This document shows, in pieces, positions 15,461-25,285 of a stretch of DNA of 36,460 bases. Position 1 is the stretch's first letter; the number at the start of each line of letters is the position of its first letter. Source of the stretch: a virus (Duplodnaviria; Caudoviricetes); IMG/VR virus record IMGVR_UViG_3300012039_000020, positions 1 to 36,460 of that record, one strand, 5' to 3'. Below the pieces are notes generated by a model. It was given only the letters and a program-made list of their open reading frames with translations, was not told the DNA's origin and did no database searches. A program made the position numbers and the translations under genes.

Positions 15461-17146
15461 GTGAACGCCGAAGCAGAAACGATCGAGATCGAGAACACCG
15501 GGCCCATCCAGCGCCTCGCCATCCGCCTCAAGCCGGGCGGGGGCGTCACCGTACTCAAGGGCCCGAACGCAGCGGGCAAGACGACGAGCGTCGACGCCGT
15601 GCGCGCCCTGGTCGGCGCGAAGGTAGACCTTGCGCCGCGCGACGGCACGCTCGAGGGCCGTGTCTCCGGTCTCGGCGCGCGGCTGACGATCGGCCACAAG
15701 GTCATTCGGCAGGGCGAGGTCGAGGTAGCGCACCTCGAGCACGACCTCGACCCGAGCGTGATCCCGGAGCCGGGGATCAAGGACCCGGAGGCGGCCGACA
15801 TGGAGCGCGCCAAGTTCCTCTGCCGCGTCGGCGGCGTGGATGCCTCGCTCGACCTCTTCTCCGAGGTCCTCGGCCGCGCGCGCGTCGAGGCGGTAGCCGG
15901 GCTCGCGAGCGGGCCCAAGACGCGCGGCGTGGAGTCGGTGCCCGAGATGCAGAAGTGGCTCAAGCGCGACTTCGAGCTAGCGGCGCGCAACGAGGAGAAG
16001 CAGGCCGACGGGCTGCGCGGGATGGTCGCCGGGCTGACCGCCGCGTCGGACGGCGTTCCGCTAGACGACCCGAGCGACGAGCGCGAACTGGCGGCCGCGG
16101 CCGAGGCGTCCGTGCGCGAGCTGGCCGCGCGGGAGGAGCGTGAGCGCGAGGCCCGCCGGGCCGTCGAGGCGCGGGCCGCGGCGGAGAAGGTCCTGGCGAC
16201 CACGGAGGAGCCAGAGAGCGCGGAGGCGATCGAGGGCGCGATCCTGGAGGCCGACGCCGCGTTCGCTGCGGCGCAGGTCGCTCTCGACGTCGCGAACCGG
16301 GGCGAGACCCCGGAGGTCAAGAACGCGGCGATGGCCTCGGCCGCGGCTATCGACGCGCACGAGCTGGCGAAGGGCGAGGTAGAGGCTGCCCGGGCCGCGG
16401 TGGTGCTTGCCGAGTCCCGGGCCGAGGAAGCGCGGCGCCGACGCCTTGAGGCGACGGGGGCGGTCGACTCGGCGCTCGCCGCCGCGCGGCGGGAGGCGAG
16501 CGCGGTCCTGTCCGCGGCGCGCGAGCGCGCGAGCGCTGCCCGCGGGCGGGCGGAGGACGCGGCGCGGCTAGAGCGGCTGCGCGACGCGGCCCGCCTGGCG
16601 CTTGAGGGAACGGCGGGGGCGGCCGATCCGGCTCGCGCGGCCGCCGACGTCCGCGCGCAGGTCGCCGTGGTGGAGGCCGCGCGCAAGGCGCAGGAGCACG
16701 GCGCCGTCGTCCGGCGCGCGAAGGAGAAGGCCGAGGAGGCCGCGGGCGTCCTTCGCCGGGTGCAGGCGCACCTCGACGAGGCGGGCGAGCTGCGCGCCTG
16801 CGCGGCCGGGTGCGAGGAGGTCGTCGCGCGCGCGATCGGACGCGCCTCGCCGGCCGGGATCCGAATGGTCGCCGGGCGGCTCGTGCTCGAGACCAAGCGC
16901 GGGGAGACGTACCTCTCCGATCTTTCGACCGGCGAGCTCTGGCGGATCGCGCTCCCCGCGGTGATCGCGCACGTCGGCCGCGGCGGGATCGTCGCGGTGC
17001 GGCAGGAGGCGTGGGAGGCGCTCGACCCCGAGGGGCGCGACTACGTCGACCGCGAGGCCGCGGCGGCCGGCGTCCACGTGCTGACCGGCGAGGCGACCGG
17101 CGGCGAGCTTCGCAGCGAGGCGCACGTCGCGGCGGGTGTGGCGTGA
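15461..17146 (+). CDS. SMC/Rad50-like ABC ATPase with long coiled-coil
   Basis: IEIENTGPI, Walker A GPNAAGKTT, signature LSTGE, and degenerate Walker B/D-loop VAVRQEAWEALD. AGGAG RBS before GTG 15461. Confidence 0.8.
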   Translation: MNAEAETIEIENTGPIQRLAIRLKPGGGVTVLKGPNAAGKTTSVDAVRALVGAKVDLAPRDGTLEGRVSGLGARLTIGHKVIRQGEVEVAHLEHDLDPSVIPEPGIKDPEAADMERAKFLCRVGGVDASLDLFSEVLGRARVEAVAGLASGPKTRGVESVPEMQKWLKRDFELAARNEEKQADGLRGMVAGLTAASDGVPLDDPSDERELAAAAEASVRELAAREEREREARRAVEARAAAEKVLATTEEPESAEAIEGAILEADAAFAAAQVALDVANRGETPEVKNAAMASAAAIDAHELAKGEVEAARAAVVLAESRAEEARRRRLEATGAVDSALAAARREASAVLSAARERASAARGRAEDAARLERLRDAARLALEGTAGAADPARAAADVRAQVAVVEAARKAQEHGAVVRRAKEKAEEAAGVLRRVQAHLDEAGELRACAAGCEEVVARAIGRASPAGIRMVAGRLVLETKRGETYLSDLSTGELWRIALPAVIAHVGRGGIVAVRQEAWEALDPEGRDYVDREAAAAGVHVLTGEATGGELRSEAHVAAGVA

Positions 17147-17385
17147 GGCCCGCGGCCAGCGAGCGTTCGGCCTCCGGACGGGCCAAGGCGAGCGCGCCTC
17201 CCGACGATGCCGCCGAGAGGGCGTACGAGGAGATCCTCAAACGCGCCGAGCTGTTCGGCCTAGTCGTCCAGGCGTACGGCGGCGTCGCGACGATCGCGAT
17301 CCCGCGCGAGCAGCGCAGCGCCGGTATCCGCGCGCGGGTCCTCGAGGCGCACGTCATGGTCGAAACGAAGGCGGTGCTGCGTTGA
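17143..17385 (+). CDS. Hypothetical protein
   Basis: GTGA coupling. 80 aa containing GLVVQAYGGVATIAIP. Confidence 0.55.
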   Translation: MRPAASERSASGRAKASAPPDDAAERAYEEILKRAELFGLVVQAYGGVATIAIPREQRSAGIRARVLEAHVMVETKAVLR

Positions 17386-17690
17386 GAACGATCTGGAAGT
17401 ACCCGCTCGGGATCCTCGACTCGCAGATTATCGATGTGCCCCGCGTCGCTTCGCCGCTCGGCGTCCAGAACCAGCCCGTCGGGGGGCGCGACCAGCTCGT
17501 TCTCTGGATGCTGGTCGAGGACGAGGCGCCGAAGATCACCGTCGAGGTCGTGGTGCGCGGGACGGGCCACGAGGCGCTCGGCCTCTTCCGAAGCGAGTAC
17601 GTCGGCACGGCGCAGACGCACGGCGGGGCGTTCGCCTGGCACGTTTTCCTGCCGCGTCTCCCTGGCGCCGGATCGCTGGAGCTGCCGTGA
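17382..17690 (+). CDS. Conserved small phage protein (TIWKYPL...GTGH...YVGT...WHVF type)
   Basis: TTG start overlapping the upstream stop. 102 aa with a widespread phage motif pattern. Confidence 0.7.
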   Translation: MRTIWKYPLGILDSQIIDVPRVASPLGVQNQPVGGRDQLVLWMLVEDEAPKITVEVVVRGTGHEALGLFRSEYVGTAQTHGGAFAWHVFLPRLPGAGSLELP

Positions 17691-18334
17691 TCGTTTTCGG
17701 GATCGACCCCGGCGTCCGTGGCGCGCTCGTCGCGCTCGCTCCTTACTACCAGCTCGTCTCGGCCGTCGAGCTTCCGATCGTCGGCGGGGCCAAGCGCCGC
17801 CGGCTCGACGCGGTCGCGTTCTCGAGGCTGTTCGACGTGCGGCCGGCCGGGTCGGTGGCGTTCGTCGAGAAGCAGATCGCGATGCCCGGCCGCGGCGCGA
17901 TGGACGGCATGACGAGCGGGATCCTCTACGGCGCGATCTGCGCCGTCGTGGAGCTCCTCGGCCTCCCGCTCGTCGAGGTCTCGGCGCAGGAGTGGCAGGC
18001 GTCTATGGGCGGACTGCCGTCGCGCCCCTCGTCCGTCCGCAAGCCGACGCAGCCCTCGCTCGACCCGCTGATCCACGCCGAGCACGAACGGAACCGGCGC
18101 GAGAAGTCGCGCGTGCTCGCCGCGCACCGCAAGAACCTCAAGCTCGAGGTCGCCCGCCGCGCCGTGTCCGAATGCCCGGCGCTGCGCGGCGCGACGTACG
18201 TCGGCGGGGCGCTGCACGACGGGATCGCCGACGCCTACTGGATCGCCCGGCACGGCGTTCGAGGCCGGGATGTTTCGGGCCCCGCCGTGAGCGCTACCGG
18301 GGAGGAGCGCTCCGCGCTCAGCGGCGCGTCGTAG
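17687..18334 (+). CDS. ruvC: RuvC-like Holliday junction resolvase
   Basis: GIDPG, FVEK, AQEWQ and DGIADAYWIA motifs. Confidence 0.85.
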   Translation: MIVFGIDPGVRGALVALAPYYQLVSAVELPIVGGAKRRRLDAVAFSRLFDVRPAGSVAFVEKQIAMPGRGAMDGMTSGILYGAICAVVELLGLPLVEVSAQEWQASMGGLPSRPSSVRKPTQPSLDPLIHAEHERNRREKSRVLAAHRKNLKLEVARRAVSECPALRGATYVGGALHDGIADAYWIARHGVRGRDVSGPAVSATGEERSALSGAS

Positions 18335-18938
18335 CGAGCCGCGTCGCCGCGACGACCCCCCGGAGGAACCGCTCAGCGGCCTCGCGGTGCTCGCGCTCGT
18401 CCCACCAGTGGCTGACCCCCGAGGGGTGCGGGACCATCGCCGCGAGGAACCGCTCCCGGGCCGCCCAAGAGGGCGCCGGTTCGCGCGCCGGCCAGGAGTC
18501 GAGCGTCCGGCGCAGGAGGTCCCCGGACGCGCGGCAGCGCACCTCGCGGCGGCAGACGAACCGCCACTCGAAAAGCGCCCGCCGGCCGTCGCGCCCGCTC
18601 CCGCCGAGCCGGAACGCGTCGGCGACGCCGCGCCCGAGCAGGACGCCCCGCCGGCCGACGAGCGCGGGGAAGAGCTCCCAGGCCGCGAGGCGGGCCCTGG
18701 CGAGCACGAACGCGTCGCTCTGGCTAGACCCCTTCCCGGGGTACTCCGGCAGGAGGTTGAGCCGCTCGAACCAGGCCTCGTACTCGCCCGGGAACCCCAG
18801 CCCGGCGAGCTCCGCCAGGCGACGCCCGGACGGCCCCATGATCGGCCGGGCCGGGCCCGACGAACGGCCGGGCGCCTGGCCCACCAGGACGAGCCGGGTC
18901 GAGCGCGGGGCCTCGATCACGCCTCGGGGCGTCGTCAA
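18318..18938 (-). CDS. Uracil-DNA glycosylase superfamily protein
   Basis: LVGQAPG, GPSGRRL, NL, LLG and VPHPSG motifs. TTG start overlaps the tail fibre stop. 206 aa. Confidence 0.8.
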   Translation of the reverse strand: MTTPRGVIEAPRSTRLVLVGQAPGRSSGPARPIMGPSGRRLAELAGLGFPGEYEAWFERLNLLPEYPGKGSSQSDAFVLARARLAAWELFPALVGRRGVLLGRGVADAFRLGGSGRDGRRALFEWRFVCRREVRCRASGDLLRRTLDSWPAREPAPSWAARERFLAAMVPHPSGVSHWWDEREHREAAERFLRGVVAATRLATTRR

Positions 18939-20827
18939 TCGAGCGCGCCCTCCAGGTCCGGGCACAGGGTCGTCCCCGCGTCGGTGATGAGGGCCCCGGT
19001 CCACGGCCCGGCCCCCGTCAGGGCTCCCGAGGCGGCCGTAGAGAGGATTCGGCCGTGGCCGCGGTCCGCGATGAGCGCGTACGGGGACGGCTGCGTCGTC
19101 GCCATAGCCGTCCTGATCCCGGCCCACAGGTGCGTTCCGGCCGCGACGGAGATCGCCAGCGTGTTCGTGTTGCCCTTGACGCCCGTGCCCGTGAGGTCGT
19201 CGACCGTCCCGGTGGCCGCCAGCTTCGTCACCGTTTGATTGGCCCGCGAGGGGGCGGTCGGCGTCGAGAAGAAACCTACCTCGGCCGTCTGCGCGCCGGC
19301 CCCGGCCGTCCGAACGGCGAAGCGCACGAACGCGAACGTGCTCGTGACGGTGACACGGCCTAGGTACACGAAGTAGGCCGTGTTGGAGACGAGGATCATC
19401 CCCGTGTTGATGTTCGGAAGGGTCGACCGAACGCACCTTCCGCTCGTGTCCATGAGCTGCGCGAGCCCCTGGAGGAGCCCCCCGCTCGCGGCCGCCTGGT
19501 GCGTGTGCGTCGCGTTGGTGAGGTCGGCGATCGTCGGCGTCATCAGGTTCGGCGAGCCCTGCATCACCGCGACGGTTCCCGTGCCGGTCTTGGCAGTCAC
19601 GTCCGAGAGGTCGGCGAGCGCGAGCACCTCGGAGAGCCAGCCCGCGGCGAGCTTGTTGCTCCCGTCCGCGATCGGGATCTTCGAGGCGGTCGGCGTCGCC
19701 GTCGCGTCGAGGTCGGAGATCAGCTTCCGGACCGCGGTCCCGTCGTGCCACTTGATCAGGGCTCCGTTGCGCTGGAGCAGTCCCGAAGTCGGATCCGCGG
19801 CTTGATCCGTCAGCAGGATGGGATCGACGAGAGAGATCCATCCGCCCCCGCCGGACGCGACGCCTTTCAGGGTCAGGGAGGGCGGCCCGATCCCGCCGAA
19901 GAGAGCGCCGATGATCGTCTGCCCGACGCTGCGGCCCGCGACGGCCGCGTACTGAACGTGATCGTCATCTCCGAGGCCGGTCAATGCCGCGCCGTGGTCG
20001 AGCGTCGCGCCGCCGGCCGCGTCCTGGTGATTGTGGTTCGCGTTGACCATCGACGCGATCGTCGGCATGACGATCGCGGGCGACGTGTCCATGACGACGA
20101 CCGTGCCGGTTCCGGTCTTCGCCGTGACGTCCGTCATGTCGGCGAGCGCGAGGACCTCCTGCAGCCAGCCGGCCGCGAGTTTCCCCCCGCCGTCCGCGAT
20201 CGGGATCTTCGAGGCGGCCGGCGTCGCGGTCGCGTCCGAGAGAGCCGTCGCCCCAACCATCTGCCCCGCGTTCGCGGCGTCCGAGTGGTCGTGCTGCGCG
20301 TTCAGGAATCCCGGGGCCGTGCGGATCACGGCGTTGTCGATCCGCGGATTGACGACCTGCGGCGCGAGCTGCATGGCGACTACGTCCCCGGACCCGGTCA
20401 CTCCCGACACGTCGGAGAGGTCGGCGATCGAGAGCTGCTCGAAGAGCCAGCCGAGCGTGACCGTAAGGTTCGCGGTTTGGATCGGCCCGGCGCGCCAGAC
20501 GGCGCCGTCGCACTCGAGGTAGTGGATCTTGTCCCCGTCGGCCACGGGGACGACGTACGTCGCGCTCCCGTTCACCAGAGGCGTCGCGTCCGCGACGTTG
20601 GCGAAGAACGTCGCGCCTTGGGCTCCGGCCGCGTTGTGCACGACGACGAGCAGGAGTCGCCCCTGCGACTCGGCCGCGAGCGGAAGGAATAGGTCGACGT
20701 GCTGCTCGGTCGCGTCGAGAGTGACGAAGAAATCTCCGGGCTGAACGGTGTAGTCGCCGGCTCCGCCCAAGGCGTCGAGTAATTTCGACTCTTCGCCAGC
20801 CGGAACCTTGGGCCAGTAGCTCGCCAT
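18935..20827 (-). CDS. Tail fibre / receptor-binding protein with internal repeats
   Basis: 630 aa, Gly/Ala/Thr-rich, three HxH-containing repeats and LGDDDHVQY. Lies downstream of the tail tip genes. Confidence 0.75.
   Translation of the reverse strand: MASYWPKVPAGEESKLLDALGGAGDYTVQPGDFFVTLDATEQHVDLFLPLAAESQGRLLLVVVHNAAGAQGATFFANVADATPLVNGSATYVVPVADGDKIHYLECDGAVWRAGPIQTANLTVTLGWLFEQLSIADLSDVSGVTGSGDVVAMQLAPQVVNPRIDNAVIRTAPGFLNAQHDHSDAANAGQMVGATALSDATATPAASKIPIADGGGKLAAGWLQEVLALADMTDVTAKTGTGTVVVMDTSPAIVMPTIASMVNANHNHQDAAGGATLDHGAALTGLGDDDHVQYAAVAGRSVGQTIIGALFGGIGPPSLTLKGVASGGGGWISLVDPILLTDQAADPTSGLLQRNGALIKWHDGTAVRKLISDLDATATPTASKIPIADGSNKLAAGWLSEVLALADLSDVTAKTGTGTVAVMQGSPNLMTPTIADLTNATHTHQAAASGGLLQGLAQLMDTSGRCVRSTLPNINTGMILVSNTAYFVYLGRVTVTSTFAFVRFAVRTAGAGAQTAEVGFFSTPTAPSRANQTVTKLAATGTVDDLTGTGVKGNTNTLAISVAAGTHLWAGIRTAMATTQPSPYALIADRGHGRILSTAASGALTGAGPWTGALITDAGTTLCPDLEGALD
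19478..20455 (-). repeat. Three repeats of roughly 65-75 aa within the tail fibre
   Basis: ATATP.ASKIPIADG..KLAAGWL.EVLALAD..DVTAKTGTGTV.VM..SP....PTIA...NA.H.HQ occurs twice, plus one diverged copy. Confidence 0.85.
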
Positions 20828-20830
20828 GAC

Positions 20831-21175
20831 TCAGGGGGCGATCGTCCCGCCGACGCGGAGCTTCGCCAGGAGGTCGTTGAAGTCCGTCACGAGCTCGCCG
20901 AGCGTCCCCGCGACGGAGTCCGCGCGCGCGGAAGCGCGCTTGGGGATCCGCTCCCACGACGTGCCGTTCGAGATCACGGCCATCCACCCGGCCGTCGGGT
21001 CGTTGATCGCGGCAAACCCGCGGTCGTTCTGGCTCGCGTTCGGCAGGTCCGCGAAGAGCCCCGTCGACGGCTCCGGCAACGGAAGCGCGGTGATCAGGTT
21101 GTCGCGCCAGCTATCGAGCTCGGCGTCCCAGCTCTCGGCCTGGTGCAGGATCAGCGGCCACGTTCTCTTCGCCAT
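20831..21175 (-). CDS. Small virion fibre-associated protein
   Basis: 114 aa ending LVTDFNDLLAKLR..G.I, a fibre/decoration-like terminus. AGGGGAG RBS. Confidence 0.6.
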   Translation of the reverse strand: MAKRTWPLILHQAESWDAELDSWRDNLITALPLPEPSTGLFADLPNASQNDRGFAAINDPTAGWMAVISNGTSWERIPKRASARADSVAGTLGELVTDFNDLLAKLRVGGTIAP

Positions 21176-21188
21176 CGGTCTCCCCTAG

Positions 21189-23927
21189 CTACACCTTGGT
21201 GATGAGGATCTCTAGCTCCGAGCTCGCGTACCCGGCCTTGACGATCAGGAGCCGCGCCCGGAACAGGAAAATCTCGCTTCCGAAATCCGCGACGAGCTGC
21301 GCGTTCGTGTAGGTGAACGACGGCGTCAGGATCCCGACCACCTCGCGGACGATCACCCCCAGGTTCGTCGTGAATCGCAGAACGAACTCCCCGTCGACGG
21401 GCGACGAGCCGGTCGGGTCGCCCGCCCCCTGCGCGCCCGCCCCTGTCCGCGGCGAGATCACCGAGCGGTAGCACCACTTGAGCAAGACGTTCTGCGTCGG
21501 CCGGTAGGTGTTGCTCCCGTTGGCTGTCCGGAAGTTGAGCGGCTCCATCGGCACGACGCCCTTCCCTGTCAGCGTTCGGGTGACCGGGCTGATGTTGTTC
21601 AGGTTCCAGGCCCGGTCGATCGTCATCGGCTGGGACTTTTCCGAGAGCAGCACGTTCGGGGCGAGCAGCGTATCGCGGATGAGCTGGAGCGTGTTCTGCT
21701 GAAAGATGTAGACGACGAGGTTGGCGATATGCGCGACCTTCTTCGTGTCGAACCGGGCGCGGATCAGGCCGTCGAGCGTGTAGTTGCCCGAGCCGATCGC
21801 CGTCGCCTTCTTCAGGAAGCCGATCTCCTGGCCGTTCACCGGGTCGTCGATCACGGCCACCTGCCGGCCCGATCGCCAGTTGATCGGGTCGCCGGTCAGG
21901 TCGAGCACGGTCGCGATGTCCGGGCCGAGCGCCTGGATCGTCGGGCCCGGGTCGAGGACGGACGGGCCGTCGGCCGCCATCGGAGCGAGTAGCCGCCCGC
22001 CGGCGATCAGCGCGTCCTCGTGCGCGACCTTCGTGTACGTCGATCCGTCGCGCGAGATCCAGATATCGGCGCCGACGATGTTCGCGTGGAAGCGGATCCG
22101 CGGCGCGACGATCGCCTGGGAGTCCCGGATCCCGAGCGCGGCGAGGACGTGGGCCGGAACCTCGAGCTGCGTGAAGGCCCGGTCGGGCTTGGGGGAATCG
22201 GAGATGATCGGCGGGGGGCCGTCGTCGCCGGTGAACTCCGAGGCCGGCTCGCCGTAGTGGTCGGGTAGCGCGCGCAGCTCGACCTTGCCCGTCAGCACGT
22301 TGATCTTTTTCCCGATCAGTCGGAGCTTCGCCGCCGCGCCCGTGCTCTGGAGCCCCGACGAGAGGAAGACCTGCCCGATCGGCATCAGCCGCGCCTGCCG
22401 GGTCGAGAAGATCCGGTAGGACGCCGCGCCCGGCATGTCCTCCTGCGATCGCCGTTCGGCGACCTTCGTGGCCGCGTCGAAGCTCGTCACGGTCACGATC
22501 GGGACGCGACGCGCGCGCACGCCGGCGCTGTCGTCGATCGAGGCGTTGCCGTCGTCGTCGATCTTGATCGGCATGTCCCGGTAGCCGCGCTTCCGGTCGG
22601 GGAAGATGAAGACCGTCCGCGTCGGCAGCTCCGGGTTCTCGACCGCGTTGTCGACCTGCGGCATGGGCCGAACGATCAGATCGTCCGTCAGGATGGGCAC
22701 TCCGGTGATCGGCACGAAGCGTTGCGCCCGAAAGACGACTTGGCCGTTGCTCTCGAGCGCGGCGAAAATCCCGAGGTCCTGCATGATCGCGCCGACCGTC
22801 CCGGAGACGGCGTCGCCGTCCTCGGTCAGCACGTTCACCGGGATCCGCTCCTCCTCGGCCATCTGCCCGATCTCCTCGAGCGAGGCGAGGTTGAAGTCGT
22901 CCTGGTCGAGCTCGCGCCCGTAGGGCCACGGCGCGAAGAGCTTCTCCCAGATCACGTGGGCCGGGTTGCACCCGTCGTCCTCGCCGTCGACGTAAGGCGT
23001 GGTTGTGCCGGCCACGTTCGCGCCGACGAGCGTGACGGCGAGAAGGATCACCGTTCGATCCGGCTGATAGTACGTTCCGTCGGGGAGCTGGATCGGCGAG
23101 GAGTACGTCGAGCCGAGGATCGGGTAGTCGCCGTCCGGCACGGCGTTGTTCTCGACGAACATCATCCCGCCGTTCAGGAACAGCGCCGTCTGATCGCCCG
23201 AAACGATCAGAGCCGCGGTCCCGACCGGGCCGTTCGTCACGGCGACGATCGTGAAGTCCGTCCCGTAGAGACTGCGCGTCGCGTCGATCCAGGCGTTCGA
23301 CTGCGTGAGCCCCGACGAGACCCGGCGCTCCATCTCGTAGGTCATCAGCGGCCAGTTGGGGCTCGGCCCGAGCCGCTTCCCGGAGATCTGCGCGAACGGA
23401 TCGCCCGAGCCCTTCCATGTCGCTCGCGTCGCGAGCGGCCAGCGGCTGGCGAAGCCGAGGCCGTGCTGCGGGTCGTCCAGGTCGACGTCGATCGGCTGGT
23501 CGTGCTCGCCCCACCAGATCGTGAACTGCCCCTCGATCCCCGTGTCGATCGCGCTGCCCGATGGAAAGAGGACCGAGTCGATCGGGCCCTTGAAGATCAC
23601 CTTCCCGTGCTGGCTGATCGAGTGGAGCCGCGTCCCGGGCCCGACGTGGAGGCCGTGGACGCCGTCCTCGTAGTAGACCTTCGCGCGCCCCGCGGAGCCC
23701 TTGCCCTTCGAGCCGGAGATCGTCTCGTTGCGCGACGAGCGGTTCTTCGCCATTAGGAACAGCGGTTTCACGCGGCGCCGGCCGGCGAGGTAGGGGAGCA
23801 TCACGCCGCGCGTGGCGAGCTGCGTCGGCGCGTCATCGTGGAGCGACTTGTCCTTCTTCACCAGCAGCCGGTTGGCGAGGTAGGACAGCGCCGCCGAGGC
23901 GGCGATCTGCAGGGCGATCATCGCCAT
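21189..23927 (-). CDS. Tail tip / host-specificity protein (GTA gp15-like)
   Basis: 912 aa from MAMIALQIAA. RGVMLPYLAGRRRV, NPAHVI and LDGLIRARFDT segments. Follows NlpC/P60. Confidence 0.8.
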   Translation of the reverse strand: MAMIALQIAASAALSYLANRLLVKKDKSLHDDAPTQLATRGVMLPYLAGRRRVKPLFLMAKNRSSRNETISGSKGKGSAGRAKVYYEDGVHGLHVGPGTRLHSISQHGKVIFKGPIDSVLFPSGSAIDTGIEGQFTIWWGEHDQPIDVDLDDPQHGLGFASRWPLATRATWKGSGDPFAQISGKRLGPSPNWPLMTYEMERRVSSGLTQSNAWIDATRSLYGTDFTIVAVTNGPVGTAALIVSGDQTALFLNGGMMFVENNAVPDGDYPILGSTYSSPIQLPDGTYYQPDRTVILLAVTLVGANVAGTTTPYVDGEDDGCNPAHVIWEKLFAPWPYGRELDQDDFNLASLEEIGQMAEEERIPVNVLTEDGDAVSGTVGAIMQDLGIFAALESNGQVVFRAQRFVPITGVPILTDDLIVRPMPQVDNAVENPELPTRTVFIFPDRKRGYRDMPIKIDDDGNASIDDSAGVRARRVPIVTVTSFDAATKVAERRSQEDMPGAASYRIFSTRQARLMPIGQVFLSSGLQSTGAAAKLRLIGKKINVLTGKVELRALPDHYGEPASEFTGDDGPPPIISDSPKPDRAFTQLEVPAHVLAALGIRDSQAIVAPRIRFHANIVGADIWISRDGSTYTKVAHEDALIAGGRLLAPMAADGPSVLDPGPTIQALGPDIATVLDLTGDPINWRSGRQVAVIDDPVNGQEIGFLKKATAIGSGNYTLDGLIRARFDTKKVAHIANLVVYIFQQNTLQLIRDTLLAPNVLLSEKSQPMTIDRAWNLNNISPVTRTLTGKGVVPMEPLNFRTANGSNTYRPTQNVLLKWCYRSVISPRTGAGAQGAGDPTGSSPVDGEFVLRFTTNLGVIVREVVGILTPSFTYTNAQLVADFGSEIFLFRARLLIVKAGYASSELEILITKV

Positions 23928-24445
23928 AGGTGACGATCCCCCTGTCGGTAGACGCGGTGGACGACGCGCAGCATCCCGGCGCCGGTGCGATGGACGCCGC
24001 TGCCGGTCGCCTCCCAGACGTGGTTCCGCTCGGCCCCTACGATCATCCCGTGGCCCGGCCCTGCGCCGAGGTCGCCGGTGACGACGAGGTCGCCGGGCTC
24101 GAGCGAGAAGTCGGTGACGATCCGGTTGGGGGCGTACAGGCGCCGCAGGGCGCGCATGACTCGGAACGCGCCGTCGCGGTCGTGCAGCGCCGCATCCTGC
24201 GGGAGGAGTTCGGGCGCGACGCGCTCGCGGCGGTAGAGCTCGTCGAGGCAGCCGGTGTCGAAGCGAACGCAGTCGACGCCGCCGAGCCGCCCCTTGCACC
24301 GCGATCCGGCCATGTAGGGCGTGCCGCGCCAGCTCTCGAGGATCCCGGCGAAGCGCAGGCGGATCAGCTCGGCGTCCTCCGGCGAGAGGCCCGGCTCGGT
24401 GATCGGCCTCCAGCGGAAGGTCGGGAACGCGACGGCGACGGGCAC
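23918..24445 (-). CDS. NlpC/P60 tail-associated peptidase
   Basis: WRGTPY, GVDCVRF, PGDL and GHGMIV motifs. Confidence 0.88.
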   Translation of the reverse strand: MPVAVAFPTFRWRPITEPGLSPEDAELIRLRFAGILESWRGTPYMAGSRCKGRLGGVDCVRFDTGCLDELYRRERVAPELLPQDAALHDRDGAFRVMRALRRLYAPNRIVTDFSLEPGDLVVTGDLGAGPGHGMIVGAERNHVWEATGSGVHRTGAGMLRVVHRVYRQGDRHLWR

Positions 24446-25267
24446 CTAGCCGACCTCCATCGTCGGGTTGTACGCGGGAGTGCCGTAGCCGAGGGCGAGA
24501 AAGTGCGCCTCGTTGCTGAACCGGGAGCGGCAGGTCGGCTTCGTCTTGTCGCATCCGGCGACGACCTTCACGACGCCGTTGAGCCAGGTCCCGGGCGGGT
24601 CGCGCACCAGGTAGAACGTCGTCCCCGAGACCCACTCGCGGATCGAGATCCGGACGCCGTCCTTCTCCACGTAGCCGCGGTGAAAGTACCGCGGCAGCAC
24701 GCCGGGCAGCCCGCCGATGATCACCGCTCGCCCGTCGATCTGGGTCAGGATCCCCGAGTGGGTGAAGCCTGCAGAACTCAACGCGCAACCGATCCCGAAA
24801 AGCGTCCAGTCGCAGGTGACGTCGACGCTCAGCCCCTCGAGCACATTGAGGTACGCCTTCCAACTAGGCGACTCGAGCATGACAACGCCTGCCTTGCCTC
24901 CGTGGTTGCGGTGGGCCATCGAGACGCGCCCGACGTGCAGGACCATCTCGTCCGTCGCGCCGTCCGTGTCGGTGACCTCGAGGATCCGGGCGCGCACGAG
25001 CGAGTGCGCGCGGCCGTCCGAGATTCGGTCCGCGAAGGCGTTCGTCAGCGGGAGCAGGATCTGCGCCGGCTTCTCCTCCAGCGTCCCGTTGATCTCAGCG
25101 AGGTTGACCTCGAGCGCCGGCTCCGAAAGGTAGGTCCCAGTCGTGTGGGAGAGGTCGACGGTCCAGTCGGTCAGGCGCTCGTGCGTGGGGAACCCGTCTC
25201 CGCCGTAGGCGAAGTCGACGAGCCGCTTCGACTTCTTGCGGGCTTTCTGGAGGCTGTTAGATGCCAC
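24446..25267 (-). CDS. BR0599-family / gpL-like tail tip protein
   Basis: CDWTLFGIGC and AGCDKTKPTC.SRFSN four-Cys pattern. Confidence 0.88.
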   Translation of the reverse strand: MASNSLQKARKKSKRLVDFAYGGDGFPTHERLTDWTVDLSHTTGTYLSEPALEVNLAEINGTLEEKPAQILLPLTNAFADRISDGRAHSLVRARILEVTDTDGATDEMVLHVGRVSMAHRNHGGKAGVVMLESPSWKAYLNVLEGLSVDVTCDWTLFGIGCALSSAGFTHSGILTQIDGRAVIIGGLPGVLPRYFHRGYVEKDGVRISIREWVSGTTFYLVRDPPGTWLNGVVKVVAGCDKTKPTCRSRFSNEAHFLALGYGTPAYNPTMEVG

Positions 25268-25285
25268 GGGGAGGATCCCAGCACG

